Shown piece by piece: positions 40,261 to 54,945 of a stretch of 64,000 nt of DNA. The position numbers and the translations under genes are program-made. The notes below the pieces were generated by a model that did no database searches, was not told the origin of the DNA, and saw only the letters and a list, made by a program, of their open reading frames with translations. Source of the stretch: Lytechinus pictus. Its lineage: Eukaryota. The stretch is taken from assembly GCF_037042905.1 (NCBI RefSeq), contig NC_087245.1:20896001-20960000 (forward strand), in the 5' to 3' direction. The stretch's first letter is position 1. Every line of letters starts with the position of its first letter.

Positions 40261-40764
40261 TAACATAGATTACATTATGTGTAGATATTGTGAATAAGCA
40301 TAATTTCTACATGAGCCTGTTTAAAATGATGTTAAATGTTGTGAGATCCCTAGACACGGTGGGAATATCTACATTTGAAGCATTTAGAGGGAAATTAAGT
40401 AGAAATGAAATAACATGTTATATTTTAACAATGATTTAATTATTTGAGTTATGGAATAAATTCTGATACTGGTTTTTAATACAATTTACAAACTTTCAAT
40501 TATTTTTGGAAAGCAATTAAGCTTTTGCATGCAATATATTCATTCCAATATTGAATTCTGTAGTAATATCAGATCACTAATTTTGGAGAGTGCATGTATA
40601 TTGTCTACATCATTCTCAGAATAGATGTTGTGTATATCTGCAGCATATGTTTATGTGGTGGAGAATAGAGAATTATCATATTGGGTCAAAATCCCTGCTT
40701 ACATTGCTCTTAGGTTGGGAGATAAAGAGAGATGGAGAGCTCTCATTACTCCTCTTTCATATCA

Positions 40765-41100
40765 GCCAGAGGCACAGAGAGAGAGAGAGGAAAAGAGAGA
40801 GAGAGAGAGAGAGAGAGGGGGTGGGAGAAAGTGATAGAGAAGGTAAATGTAGACAAGAGAGAGAGAGAAAAAGAGAGAGAGATGATGAATATTATAAGAA
40901 ATTGACGAAGGAAAGAGACAGAGAGATAGAAAGGGAAAGAGAAAAGGAAAAGTGAAAGTGATATACACACAAACATATTAGAGAGACATGGAGAGACCCC
41001 CTCCCCCCAAAAAAAAATGAGAGAGAGAGACAGACAGAGAAAAGGAAATTATTAAGGGAGAATGGAGAAGAAAGACTTGATAAATGAGAAAAAAAGAGAA
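40765..41100 (+). repeat. (GA)n microsatellite and purine-rich tract
   Basis: Explains the ERER-type ORFs at 40590..40976. Confidence 0.95.
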
Positions 41101-43116
41101 TTTGAAAAAATGGAAATAATGTTTAGAATACAAGGGTTTTAAGCATTTTACACTTTCCTGAATACTGAGTTTGTATCATCCACATCATGTTAAAAAATTC
41201 AGAAACAGAATAATAAACACTTAGCTTGTTTGTTACACCACAGAGCTCAAAGTCAAATCACGCTTCAATATGATTTCATGGAAACCATATGCTCCTGCAC
41301 GAATGGCAATTGCAAAACAGCAATGAATTATTTGGTCAAATCTTTCACACCATCATGGCGCTGGTGATATACTTTTCACTTTCTCAAATCTAGATGCTTC
41401 TTTCCAAGACTGATTGAGTGATTAAAAGCATTCATTACCTGCTTACTAAGATGCTAGAGGCACAGTAGGAATGGTGCATTGCCATTTTCCCATGGTAATA
41501 TATTCTTAATACACTGTTTGCAATCTACAGTATGGCAGTGGCTTTATTGCTTGTCTACACTCTAACTTTGAAGGATATGAAATAAATCCAGATTAGAGTT
41601 TTGTTAATCCTTTTAAACCACTTTGAAATCTCCAAAATATTTGAATTTGCATATTCAAGCTTTAAATTCAGTCCAAAGGGATTGAAACTACCGATCTTAA
41701 ACTTCAAATTTCTGTATTTGGCCCATGGTGCATATATAACACTAAATTGAAAGTGATAAAAGAAAAACTGTATATGCTGACTAAGTCACCAATGGTGAAA
41801 ATACTTGCTTACTAACTTTTGTCTTTTAGTTCTATTGGCACCTCGTAACATTCAAATGCGCAATACAGTAAGTTATACTAGTAGTTTGTGCCTTTATTTT
41901 CATACTGTAAGATACAATGCTTTGGATGCAGTGCAGAAGGTACAGTTTTATTAGTCACTCAGAAATCAATTGGTATGCACTTCTCAAGGAAGTCTGTCTT
42001 TGAAAAGATAATAATCTAAATTCCTTTATAGTCGGTGTAGAAAGGAGGTTGCTATGGAAACAAAGTGGTTGTATTATTATCTTCATATCCATGCAAGCGT
42101 GTTCATAGCCAGCTTATCAAGTGGTTTTTTTATATTTTATATAATCCACTGCACACAGCCATATATCTATTATTTACATGGCTATACAATTTTTGTATAA
42201 AATAGCATTTTTCCGTGGTAATTTTATGCAAAGGAAGCTGCTGAAATCATGAATTAGATAAAGATTTTTAATTGAATTATGATATCATCTGTAAAGTTTT
42301 ATATTGATTCTTCTTTCTGTAAACAAGCAGTTTTGTATGCAAAAAACAAAATATTCGGTACAAGAAAGACAATTTAGCTAACATTAAAGAGTTAGATTTC
42401 TCTTATAAATTCTATGTTTAAGTTCATAATACATGTCAGACAGAAATTGTCTGTTCTAGAAATGGTTATTTTTTTAGTCGAATGCAATTTACATCATGTT
42501 TATTTGTCCTTTTGAAGACATTTGACAATAAAACTTGTATTTTTACCTTTGAACCTAAATTGTCAATACCCTATTCTTATTCTAACTTCTTTATCCCTTT
42601 GCATATCAAAATAAGAATAGTCATCGTTATCCCTTTAGAATTTACTCAGCATATGACAAATTATTATTACTGCAATAGTTTTGTTCAAAGAAATGATAAT
42701 TTATGATAGCTATATATACAGTATATATGTAGGCCTATAATAAGCAGACTTCAAGTACAGGGTGATTTTTTTTTCCATGACAATTGCATCTTCAATTCCT
42801 TTTTATCGGGAACCTCAGAATGTTTTGGAAAGTAAATTTCCTGTGGAGAAATGTAATTTAGTTGCTTTTTGTATTGAGGGCTAAACACCTAAGTGTTTAG
42901 TTTTTAATTTGTTTTAAGATCTATGTTAGATATGAACTTCTCAACATTTTTCTGAAATATTTGAATGTGTTAAAGTACTGCAAAACTGATATAAACTGCA
43001 TATTCCCTCGGAGTATCAATACTTATGCAATGAGCATAATTAGTGATTCAGTTGCTTTTGTTTTAATGACTTTTGGTGTGAATATATTCTGGGCTCAATT
43101 GAGATATAATTGATAT

Positions 43117-43380
43117 AAAATTCCTCTCTTCCACTATCGTCAACGGGGGTGACTTTGGAAAGGAGGGTTGACTTTTGACAGTTTTGAGAATAAGTTTAAT
43201 TTGTCTTTGTTGGTTTTGTCTGAAAATATCTTCAAGTCTGACTGTATTGAGATTAATATTAAATTCCTCTCATCAACTACCGTAAACTGGGATGACTTTG
43301 GAAAGGGAAAGGGTTGACTTTTGATGGTTATTAAACTGATTTTCATTTGTTTTTGTTGGTTTTTTTTCTGAGGATATATT
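43117..43380 (+). repeat. Diverged tandem duplication (~143-bp period, 2 copies)
   Basis: AAATTCCTCTC..ACTA(T/C)CGT..TGACTTTGGAAAGG..AGGGTTGACTTTTGA..TTTGTTGGTTTT occurs twice (~43118 and ~43261). Confidence 0.85.
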
Positions 43381-46300
43381 TTTTTGTTATGAAAGTAGTA
43401 TGATCCCCTTTAATACATAACAGAAATATTAGAAAACCAACAGGAAAAAAAAGAATGTTGCTGATTTTCAAAAGTGTTCAAAGTCACTCCACTTTACAGT
43501 AAACAATTTGATATCAATCTATAGTGTGTTTGATTTAAATCCATTGTATTTCTTTGTAAGACACGACCCATGCAGGTTTTACTTTTTTTACCTATAGATA
43601 GATATCTTCATAAGATATGAACATTCTAGCATTTTAAAATCATATTTGAAGGTGATGTAAAAGTACTGCAAACTTTTATTTATTTATTTATTTTTTCTTT
43701 AAAATCAATATCATTGATATGATATGCAATTGCCCTTTATTCTTGAGGGGAAGGTATATTTTATCAATAACTATTTTTTTTTTTGGGGGGGAAGGGGTAA
43801 AGATTGACAATTTGTTATTGTCAGTTGAGTAGGCATTTATGATTTTACAGTGTGATCAAGCAAAACTGGTACATGTACAAAAATCATTCATGTGTATTAA
43901 TCACAATCTTCCTGACATTGCAGTGTGAATACTAAAAGATATGTATAAACACAGAATCAAGAAAATAGCTACAAGATAAAAAACCACCAAAATGGTTTTG
44001 TACATTCAGTACAAAGATATATGTTCACTTTTTTTCTTAGCTCTTATTCAATCACTATACAATGAATTTTCGTTAGTCTAAACAGGTTTTCCTCTTTACA
44101 GATCTATCTCAAATAGACAGCTAGAGCATAGTAAATCAGAATTTTCTCCATGTTTTTCTCTTGAGCGCAAACACAACTCCGAGCCGATCGTGTCGCCAAT
44201 CTCGGTGAAACTTATTTGTATCAATTCTGGTGGAAAGTGCACAGCATGCATGAGCCAATCCCAAAGATGTAAAATCTGCTCTTTTATATTATGAGCATCG
44301 ATCATTTCTTTTTTATGTTTACCCTTCTGCACTGAAAGAAGACCTAAGGCAGTCTGGGTGGTTTGTATTTTGCTTGTTAGAGGCATGTCAAATTTGTACC
44401 GTGGGCTATTTTGGTATCAAAACATAAAAATGTCAAAGTGTGTTGTTGATTAGTGATAAAAAAGGAAGAAGAAAAAGAAAGAAGAAAATTGGTAAATCAC
44501 AGCTTTAAGGAATTTAGTTTGCATTCATCGCAACAAGGTTCTCAAGTTTTTAAGATAATCGTAAATCAAACAAAATAATGAAAGCTCAGTGTCCAATCTG
44601 AAATATGTTTTGTAAATTGACTGCAATAAATTATAGGCTCCATATCAGCCCTATTGAGCAAATAATCATGTTGTTGAAAAAAAAATTCTAAAATTTGAAT
44701 ATTTATCTTGGTAACTAATTTTGTACATGTGATCATATTAGTAAGCTTTTCCACACATACTATTAGCAGCTGTGGAGTTTTATGTGAATAACAAATTCAA
44801 TATGCAATGGGTAAAGAACCCTTTTTATGTGATTCATAGAATACAATTCTTGAATCTTTCTTTCAAGTGTTCTCTTTGATAAAGAAATCATTACGTTCAT
44901 ATTGTGGCATTAAGAAACTTTTTGGACATATTTTGTTTGTTTTGGTAAGAATTTTAGGACAATTACTTTTAATCCAGTGGTATAGAATAGCTTAAGTCTG
45001 TGCATTAGCAACTAGAGTAAATACCAAATCAGCATTCAGATCCAATTTAATTTTCAAATTGTTTATAAAGTCCCATATATTGAAATCCATGCAGTGCTCT
45101 CCTGGCTCGGCCACCAAAATGAGAAGTTGAGGATTGAGCATAAGTGTCCACTCTCATAAGATAAATCCCCCAATGATGGAATCTCTCATCGCTTATTAAC
45201 CTCCCAGACAGAAATTCATTAAAGCAAGCCCCCCCCCCTTCTCTTCCTCCCACGGGAACCACTTATGACTTATCTTTCCGTCATGATCAATTTAAAGAGG
45301 AGTGTCCAAATCGGTCGCTCTGTTTAGGTATCTAGACCATCTCATCCCCCGCCGCCCGCAGGTAGTACCAGTAACCCACCTTCCTCAATGAGGCATGAAA
45401 TCATAAACATCAGGGGCGCTCCTCGCACTCCGAAGTAATCTCGCCCCATCATGGCAATAAATCACTCCGGGGATGCGCATCTTCTGGAGTATACCTCTCA
45501 AAGTCAAAGTGTTTATCTTCCTAGAAGATTATTAAGGAAGAACAAAAATCTTGTCATGGAACTACCGGTTCTGGTGATAGATCTGGATTGAGCTACCTGC
45601 ATCTGATCTTTTAGCTCTACATGAATAAGTATATGCAGTAGAGAATCTAGTATTTTATTCTAAATTTTGATATTAAGTGCCCCTGTGTTTAGGTATATCT
45701 TTTCAACTGTTAGTATAAATTGTTTTAGAGTGTAGCTGTGCTTCTAAAAAATAAAAATCTTCAGTTTATTCTACACTGAAAGGCTTTTTGCAGGGGGGGT
45801 GAGGGGATTATTTGATACTGAAACTGTTAAAAAAAAATATGTGTTTGTGCTTTACTGTATTTTCAAAACTGAAGTACTGTTATACTAGAGTATAGAGGCA
45901 ACATCTTGCTACTGATAGACAAAGTTGCATTCTGACATCAAGTCCTTTTCAAGTATGGAATAGTATATCTTGCAGACAGGCATCTTACAGCACTCACTTC
46001 CATTGAAAAATAGGTCCTTTGTGCCCACTTTACAACTCTCCCTTTTCCCTCCCCCAGGGTTACAGTAAGTGTCTGTTGTTCTACTCCACTGCTCCCTGCC
46101 TTGCATTTAAGTCATAAAATTTCTAAGAGGAAGCAAGGAATTTGGATTCCCTTGCCTTTCATCTTTCACCCTGGATATCAGGGGAAGTCTCTTTTCAGGG
46201 AAGTCTGACAAACAATTTATACTATAGTTTGAATCCTAGATCAGAAATTTGCATTCAACCGTAACCCTTGCGGCATTTCTGAGTAATAGAATATTGATGA

Positions 46301-47719
46301 GGTAGATATTAAAAAGTGATTGAAAATAAGCTTTTGAGAGCAAGTATATCCTGCAATGAGACTTGTCATATTATTATCATTTTTTTTTCATGACAATTCT
46401 TGTATATATTTTGTTACTCACTGCAATTATAAGCAGGGAATGAAGAGACCTATATATCATGTCATACCCTATTTTGCTTCCAGTCCTTAGAAAATAATTT
46501 CTTTCATTAATTTTATTTCTGAAGCAATGGAATGAAATAAACCCATGTCAAGTCTTTGCAAAACAGCTATCAACTGGGGGATACCATTAAACAAAATCTG
46601 TATGACTCCAATATTTTGTTTTGATTAGTAAATAAAAAGATAGCTTACTTGAACAAAAAAATTATAAAAGAAGAATCATTGTCATTTAATGGTATTCTTG
46701 GCAAATGCACAAGGGCAATAATAACTAAGGAACTGTCTGATGGATCAACTTCAGTTATGTATGCATCTAGATTTCAGAGTATCAAGGTCAATGGGCAATG
46801 GTCACTCTACATCCAATGATCTCTTTAATACCTTTAGAATAATTGAAGATTAAATTTTGTTTGTAATATAAAAGATTTGATAATGTGACCTTTATTGTAA
46901 AATGTTTGTAGTTTTAAGAGAAATGAAATCTTGGGTAGATATCAAACAATTGGAACCTTCAGAATGAGGAAACAAATATTTAGATGTCCTCCTGTCTTAC
47001 TGAATTGAATTGACTCCATGAGAGCTGTCTACTTTTTAAAGTATTTTTCATGAAATACACTACTTAAAATCTGTATTCAGTTTATTTTGTAAATGTAACA
47101 CTCTTCTCTGATCAGCTTTAGACATTGTTTCAGTTCATCATATCGGTTTTTCACTTTCACCCCCATTAGCTCATACAGGCAATACAGTACGTCGTTTCAT
47201 TCATAAAAAGACCTTACTTTAGTGTAGTTTGTACATGGTGAATACATTTCTACCCCGGTCTTAATGAGGAGGTGTACAACCAATAAATGTAATTGGTGCT
47301 GATGACATCAAAATTAGCATGCCCGGCTGACTCTTCCAATTTGATGTTATCGGATGGTAATTTTGTCTTACTATGCCCCTCGCCTCTCTATCGTTGTTCT
47401 CTCCGTGAAAAAGAGATAATCGCTTAAGCTTGCCTTCCTCAAAATTCATGAAGGCTTCATCGCTAATTGCATTAAAGTCTTGTCAGATATTTAATCAGAA
47501 TTTTTTTCTGGCATGGTAGATTGCACGGAAGATAGGTACTCTGATGGATTTAAGTTCTCGCCATTTGTGACAGCATAATCTGGAAAATAGTAAAGGCAGT
47601 AAACTCCATAAGTTTTGATGTAAAAAGAAAAAAAAACTACTTTCCCACCTACAATTAACTTCAACTTAACTGTTTTACTATTATTAATGCTACTGCTCAG
47701 TCAACAACAACTTAAACAA

Positions 47720-47903
47720 TTACTTCTACTGCTATTCCTACACCACTACTACTGCTGCTAGTGCTACTATACTACTACTAAATTTACTACTATTACGATG
47801 ACGACTACTACTACTACTACTTATAATATGACTTGTTACTTCTACTACTACTCCTACTACTACTACTACTATTACTACTACTACTACTACTACTACTACT
47901 ACA

Positions 47904-47936
<33 letters not shown>

Positions 47937-48092
47937 GCTACTACTGCCACTACTACTACCACTACTACTACTACTATCACTTCTACTGCTGCTTCTTCTA
48001 CTACGTCTTCTGTTGCTACTAAACCACACCAACAAAAACCATTACTATAACTGCTGCTGCTGATGATTCTTCTAGTACTCCACTACTGCTAC
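47720..48092 (+). repeat. (CTA)n/(CTG)n microsatellite
   Basis: Explains the poly-V/Y/L/S ORFs. Confidence 0.97.
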
Positions 48093-49489
48093 ATTCTTAA
48101 AACAAAATAGCCAAAGGAAAATGGATGCAAGTGTTTATTTTAATGTGTTCGCATAATTTGTAGTCATTTCTAAGTAAAGTAATAGGTTTCAAAACTGTAT
48201 ACAAGTACACATCAGTTGTATCCCTGTACCAATGTAGTCACTTTTGTTTCAGATTGTGTTTCTGCAATTTCTACTAGTACTCCTTTGACTACACTTTGTG
48301 ATTTAATGTCATTGATTGTATTATAGTAATAATATATTGTTGAAAAGAATTCTACTTTGCCAAAACTATTTTAAATTCTGTCTGCATTGTTAACAACGGA
48401 TCAGCATCTCTCTTAGGTCATTGATTGATGAAAACAATATGTCATTTGGGAACCTAAGTGTGATTTTGATTTGCCTCTCAATTTACGTTTCCTGTCTGAA
48501 CAAAAATGCATATGTATGTAGGCTCCAAGCTGCACAGAAGTCTCAGTGGCCTTAAATTCTGAGATTAGGGAAAACATGGTTTGCACTGGCTCTGAATTTC
48601 AATTACAAACCTCCGGGATGCACTCCCCCGCTCGATGTCCGCCAAGAATGATTCTAGTGTTTGATCAAGCGTAAGAGTCAGCGGAGGCAGCAGACAGACA
48701 AATAGAAAGGACACGTTTGTCCCAGTTTCAGTTTCCAGTCCGATCAAACAGTCAACAAATATTACCTGCATATTGTGGGCGATGATGATGTGTTCAGGTA
48801 GAATTAAAACGTGCTAGCAACAAGGTATCTCTCCATGTTGTTTCCTGATTAAGGGCAGGGTTTAAAGCTAAGTGTGTTTAAATAAATCAACTCAATATCT
48901 TTCAGGGTACAATTACATAAAGAGGTTACTAGGATTAATCAGAGATATGTTAGATTTATGATTGCATCACACATCCAATATCTTCTTGCAAACGGCTTGT
49001 TCAAGTATATTCTATTGTTATTCTGCTGTATTTGTAAGGTTTTCTTACCACATGTGCAGTTCAGTATAGAAGACACGTTAAACTGCTATGCAGAAATTTG
49101 CCATTTTAATTGGCAAAAGAGAGGATGAAATAATTGTAAAATGCTTCTGCTATTTGTAAATATCTAATCCTATATTGGGTTCTGAAAGGTGAAATGGCAT
49201 TTGCCTGAACACAGCCATAAAATGCCATGCTCAGTTTGAAAAATCTTGAGTTGTGGATCCCTGTTGCCTCCTCCGATTCCAGGCATGTTCTAAATGACGT
49301 TGAGAGAGAATTCCTTGCATCATTTGACCTTTTTTCTCCATGATAGGGGAAATGTTTTGAATGATAATGATGTTTAGCGAGATATCAGGTGTTAGGGCAG
49401 AAAGGGGAAAGGATTTGTTGAGGATGGTGGTGATAAAGATGTTTAAGCTTGCCTTTTATGTGTTTGTATTTTTTTATTGGAATGCTTGT

Positions 49490-49985
49490 GTTGATGAAGA
49501 GTACAACGTGGATGATAAAAATGATGACAGATGGTGGTGGTGGTGTTGGTGATGATAATAATGATGAAGATGAGGATAATTACAATGATCACGATAATAA
49601 TGATGACAGTGTGGTGGTGGTGTTGGTGATGATAATAATGATGAAGATGAGGATAATTACAATGATCACAATGATAATGATGACTGATTACAATGACTAT
49701 GGTGACAATGTGGATGGCCATGCCCATGATAATACGAAGAGGAGGTACTAGTTATTGATTACAAATGTGGTAATGATATTTGAAAGAATTTGTTGATGCA
49801 AATAGTGAAGTTATTGCCCTGGTGATATTGATGATACTAAAAACAATATTCCTGAATGTATTTATTAATTTTAATGATTTTAGTTGTGATTAAGATGATG
49901 ATGATAATGGTGATGATGATTGTGACGATTCGTTGATGCTGGTTGTGATGAGGATTATGATTATCATGAAAATGATGATGATATT
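49490..49985 (+). repeat. Degenerate (GAT)n low-complexity tract with internal duplication
   Basis: GGTGGTGTTGGTGATGATAATAATGATGAAGATGAGGATAATTACAATGATCAC occurs twice (~49539 and ~49616). Confidence 0.9.
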
Positions 49986-51526
49986 GGTTATAAGGGTGTT
50001 TGTAATGTAGATTCAATATCATCAATGATTGATCTGCCTATCGTGACAGTGTAATGCTTTTAGTCTTGGGAGTAGACTTTATTCCTGTAAAAAAATTCTG
50101 CTTTCCACAAGTTATTTTTAAAGTGTCCTGCATTTAAAGGGGTTTCTCATCTTAGCATTCCCTTCTGATATACAATAATATTTAGTTTTCCTTGGTGTGT
50201 TTTGAGTTGAAATATTCTGTTTCGGTTCATTCTTAAGTTAAATAAATTCAAATGTAATCTGAACCCCCTAAAAAATCCCCCACTATGATCAAAACAATTT
50301 ATAATCAATGTACAACATGAATTAGTCATAATTAGTATCTGTATAATGTGCAAATTTTCCGACTACAGGCTTTTTCAATTGCATATGTAATCATGATGAA
50401 TAATTGCAAATTATTTCCTCAGATTTAATAGAATTCTACAGTGCTATTATTACACTCGGCTATGAACCTTCAAATTAGACGTTCAAACTCAAGTTGCTCC
50501 GACGGGCGCACATGATTGCCTCCCCAATTTTCTTGAGTTATGAAAATTATGCACGCTTGTTAAAAATCCATCATATGAATCATTCATTTTTGTTTTAACC
50601 CAAAACTTTTTTATTAACCCAAAACTTTTTTATTTCTCCTTTTCTTCCCTCCATCTCCTTGATGTTCTTGCACCCATGTAATGGATTCCACGCCATCTCC
50701 TTGCCCCGTACTGGATTACGACAAATTGATCCAACTCCTTTGCCACCTGCATAAATCATGGCTGTCATGTCGACAACAACGGGGGCTCACTTCACGGTCT
50801 TGTTTCTTTGTAATCGATAGGTAAGTGAATATTACATCCACTCTCGGTTTCCCATTTTCTTTCCTTGTATTAGTGAATTTGAGTTCAGAGCCATGGGGTT
50901 TGAATATCATTTTCTCTCCTGCATTCTCTGTGGTTTAAAAGCACTTTGCAGTAGGCACGTACAGCGAAAATAGGGTCCTGAATTTGTAATGAAATTTGAC
51001 TGAGTACAAGGACGACGACTCCATGAAATATATTGCTACAGCTCTTTTTGTTATGAATTGAACCAATTGCGAATTTATCATGTACTCATCCACTTCTGTT
51101 TGTTGCTGGTAACCCCTGTTCGAGCTTGGCCGAATAGCTATTTGCTGGTAAAAACCACGCTGATTTATAACCAATAACATATAGGAAACATTTTACATCT
51201 AAGTTAATCAGGCATACTGGCTGACCTTACAGACAAAAGAAATTACTCATGGGTCTTTTTAACACAGTGGAGACAATGACAGAGTGGGGTTTTGACCTCA
51301 TGACCTTGTGATTATGAGTCCAATGCTATAACAACTAGACCACATAACCTAAACTTGAGAGCATACTCTACATTTTTTTCTCTCCACTGAGTAAAATGAA
51401 GAAGCTTCAGACTGATGTTGATTATGTAATAGTGATATGGATACAGTCCTCTGTATAGTCTTGAAAATGTACATTGTACTTTTAAAAAGGTCAAAAGTGC
51501 AATGTAGCACAGGCACAGTGCAATAA

Positions 51527-51677
51527 TACCTCGGTCACATTTTCCCTACGGCGAGTCAAAAACAGCCGTTTTAACATTTTTTGTACCAGCTACAAATAGG
51601 TGGTTTGAATAAAAATGAATAAAACGGCTGTTTTTGACTTGCCGTACGGCCGCCGTAGTTCAAATGTGACCGAGGTA
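51527..51677. mobile_element. MITE (family B, copy 2), Harbinger-like
   Basis: TIR TACCTCGGTCACATTT / AAATGTGACCGAGGTA with TAA TSD (51524-51526 and 51678-51680). The inner arms are GTCAAAAACAGCCGTTTTA / TAAAACGGCTGTTTTTGAC. Confidence 0.88.
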
Positions 51678-54589
51678 TAAGAAACGTGTATATTATTTAA
51701 ATTCACATCATAAATTGTATTTGAAGTATATTTATCCATACTTTTATGCAATTATTGTCAAGGGGCTTGTATTTTAAAACAAATATAATGCTTATATTCC
51801 TGGATGTACACACAACCATTAAATCCTTATTGGTGTTTTGCTCATTTCGATTGCTAAAAATCCAGTCATATATTCAACCAACATATTCATACTTGTGAAA
51901 TTTGCTAAACTCAGGGAAACACTCTCTTGAGTAAAATGATCTTTATATGCATCACTTTAGAGATATTAAAAGGTGTATTTGGTTATTGCTCTTTAAAACA
52001 CAGTGAGAGAAAGATAGCGCCTTAGTTAATTACCTATGGTGTCTCGGATATCACATGATCTGTGTTACTCATCAGTTAGTGTCAAGCTTTGGTCCATGGG
52101 GACAAGCCTTTTGTTTCATTAATTAGGTCAGCAATAGAAAAGTATTAAAAAAAATTATTTGATATTTTCTCATTCAATTGCCATGAAATGTTCATTTATA
52201 AGGTGCTTGAAAATAGTGGATAATTTATCTGGAATAAATTTTTAAGGGGTAGTTGTTTATTTACTTTTGAATCCCCCCAAAAGAAAAAAATTAAATTAAA
52301 AAAATATGAATAAAAAAATATTTTGGGCCAGAAAATTGAAAGCTTGATAAAAAGAGATGAAACAGGGAATTTCTGTTTCAAAGAAAAGGATTAAACAGCT
52401 TCTAGCAAGTGACCTTGACATGTCTCTTTATGACTATGATTGGTTTGTGACTGAAAATTGGTTAAACAAGAATAACTGGATAGTATATAGAATTATTCAC
52501 TGTTTAATCAGTATACAGGTAGCCTACATCTACTAAAATTAACACTAATAAAATTAAAATAAAATGTGAATGGTCATCTCATCAATAAGAGATAGTAAAT
52601 GACCTGCGGGAAGAGTGTGATATAGGCGCTTTCTTTCTCTTTGCAAATTAATAATGGATTCCATACAGTATCCTGTTGGTCAGTGAGCGCAAGCATACAG
52701 TAAATTCTGGGAGTGGGATGAACACAGATGGCATAAACTCCCTTCTCCTTGCTTTTAGGCAAAACAAGTATCCCTGCCTTAATTTTGAACTGATATTGCC
52801 CCTCACACATTTTTAAAATGAGGCATATTTGTTTGAGGTTAGTGTGAAAAGCTCTTTCTCTCTTTCTTTTGCCATAGTCAACAAATTACCCCCAAAACAC
52901 AAATACTGTACCAACTTTTTTTGTGTCAATGTGCCCCTAGCCTGTGTAAAATTTTTGTCCCTGAGTAAGGAAGTTAACTTTCATCCACTCAACAATACTT
53001 CTATAGGTATCGAGGATAGAGTGCCACTAAAAGAGATAAAGATATGTCTTGTACTTTTAAACTAAACTACCATTAGGTAAAATTGTAACTTCAAACTCTG
53101 GAGGTATATTATTCTAAATCAAATTTCTAACAGAAAAAAAAATTAATAACCTATCATGCCAATTAGTCCTGGTATTTTTTTTATATTATTTTTATCTTTA
53201 TATGTCATTCACTCTGATTTTGTATACATTACAAAAAATAAAAATTAATAACAATTTCAAATGACCTGAGTTATAGTACCAATAATTTAAGAGTTGAAAA
53301 AAATTCTCTACTCAATCACTTTATTGTTGCATAGCCCATTTACTCTTTATCATTGGCAATTCAAATTTTTGAAAGTTAGTCAAATGAAACAAAATTAGGC
53401 AGTGAAACCATCTTTTGTATTATCCAATTAAAACATATATTTTGCGAGATTATTGTTTGACTTGATACACATTATTACTGAAGAAACCAGACCAGCTGCT
53501 TGCAGGCTCCTGTTTTAGGAAGCCATATGTAGTATAATGTGTTGATAATAGCCAGCCATCATTATGATAATCTTTCAGACAGATGTAAGATTTATTGCTC
53601 AATTTCTCATCAATTTGTGATGAGGGTGGAAGAATTATTGTGTCACCGAGGGGTGATTAAGAAACTGGGACATGTATTGTGATGCTCCATCTTTATGCAT
53701 CATGGAAAACTCCTTTTCCTCTTACTATATAGCTTTTGGATACTTAGAAGAAAAAAAGGGCAATATATTCACTCAGATTGCTTGAAACTAATGAAAACTT
53801 TATTTTTTTCAAAAAAAGATTAATCTTGGAAATTTCTGTAGTTAAATCACTAAAAATCAATTAATTAGTTGTGACCATTTTTTGTTTAATGCCTGCACTC
53901 TCAAAGAAGTAAGATGGTAGTATCAAACCAATTTTAGATGGCCCCATTGACATGGGGCTGTTTGCAATATCTACAACTTAATTGTTGCTAAATAAAACAT
54001 ACTTGAATTCAGTTACCTAAATGCCAATTGCAAAGTAGCAGCTGGTGGATAATCTGAAATACCAAAATAAATTCAAGCTATTGACCAGCAGTCAAATGCA
54101 AATGCAACTAATTGCAACACTTGAGAGTGAATTTTTATTCTAGAAGTGAATTTCCATCGATTGCAATTTTTTTGCAAAAAGTAATTAAGTTTGATTTATC
54201 TTATTGTCTTCGATGTAATGTTATGTATTTTATTGTATCTCTTTTACTGTGATCGTTGGGAAAGAGGTACCTCAACCTTTTGTAGTTGGGGTTATGTGTG
54301 CATCAAAATGTAGAGGGGAAGATCTTTGCTATGAAGGGGAAAGACCTCTCTTACAACTGGGAATATTTGAGCCCAAAGCATTCCTACATGGGTTGCTCAA
54401 CAAATTGACATAGGCACGAGGCAAGCTGATGCTTATCTAACTTAGATATGGACTGTTTGCATTGACTCTCTTTAAAAAAAAATTGAAGAATTGTCAGTGT
54501 CTCTGCAGGGAATATTCGCTTGTTACCCAATATAGGCAATCCATCTGGAACAAGTTTGAATTCATAAATTGCATTATATCTGTAGAGAG

Positions 54590-54945
54590 GCAATATGAGT
54601 AGAGTGATACAATAAGAGAGAGGGGAAGGAGAGATAGAGAGATCTATAAAGATTGGGTGAGAGGGTGATACAAGGGTGATGTAAAACAGGTGATGAGGGG
54701 GTTTTGAAGGTTGGGAAAGGGGAGTTAGAGGCAAAGAAGGATGGAATGAAGGAAGAGAGAGACTGAGAGGGAGAATGTTTTGAGAGATAATGAGTAGTGA
54801 CAAAAGTAAAGCAAGGAAATTTAATGAAAGACCCTCAAGAAAAAAAATATATTCTATTGAAAGAAGAGTAAAAGAGGATGGGTCAGATGAAGGAGTGGTT
54901 GGAACCTGGATAGAGCAGAAGATCAGAAAGAAAGTTGAGGAAGGG
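54590..54945 (+). repeat. GA-rich low-complexity tract
   Basis: Purine-rich. It gives rise to the spurious 216-aa minus-strand ORF. Confidence 0.75.

Noticed and set aside
40590..40976. E/R-rich ORFs resembling coiled-coil proteins
   Set aside because: These are translations of a (GA)n microsatellite.
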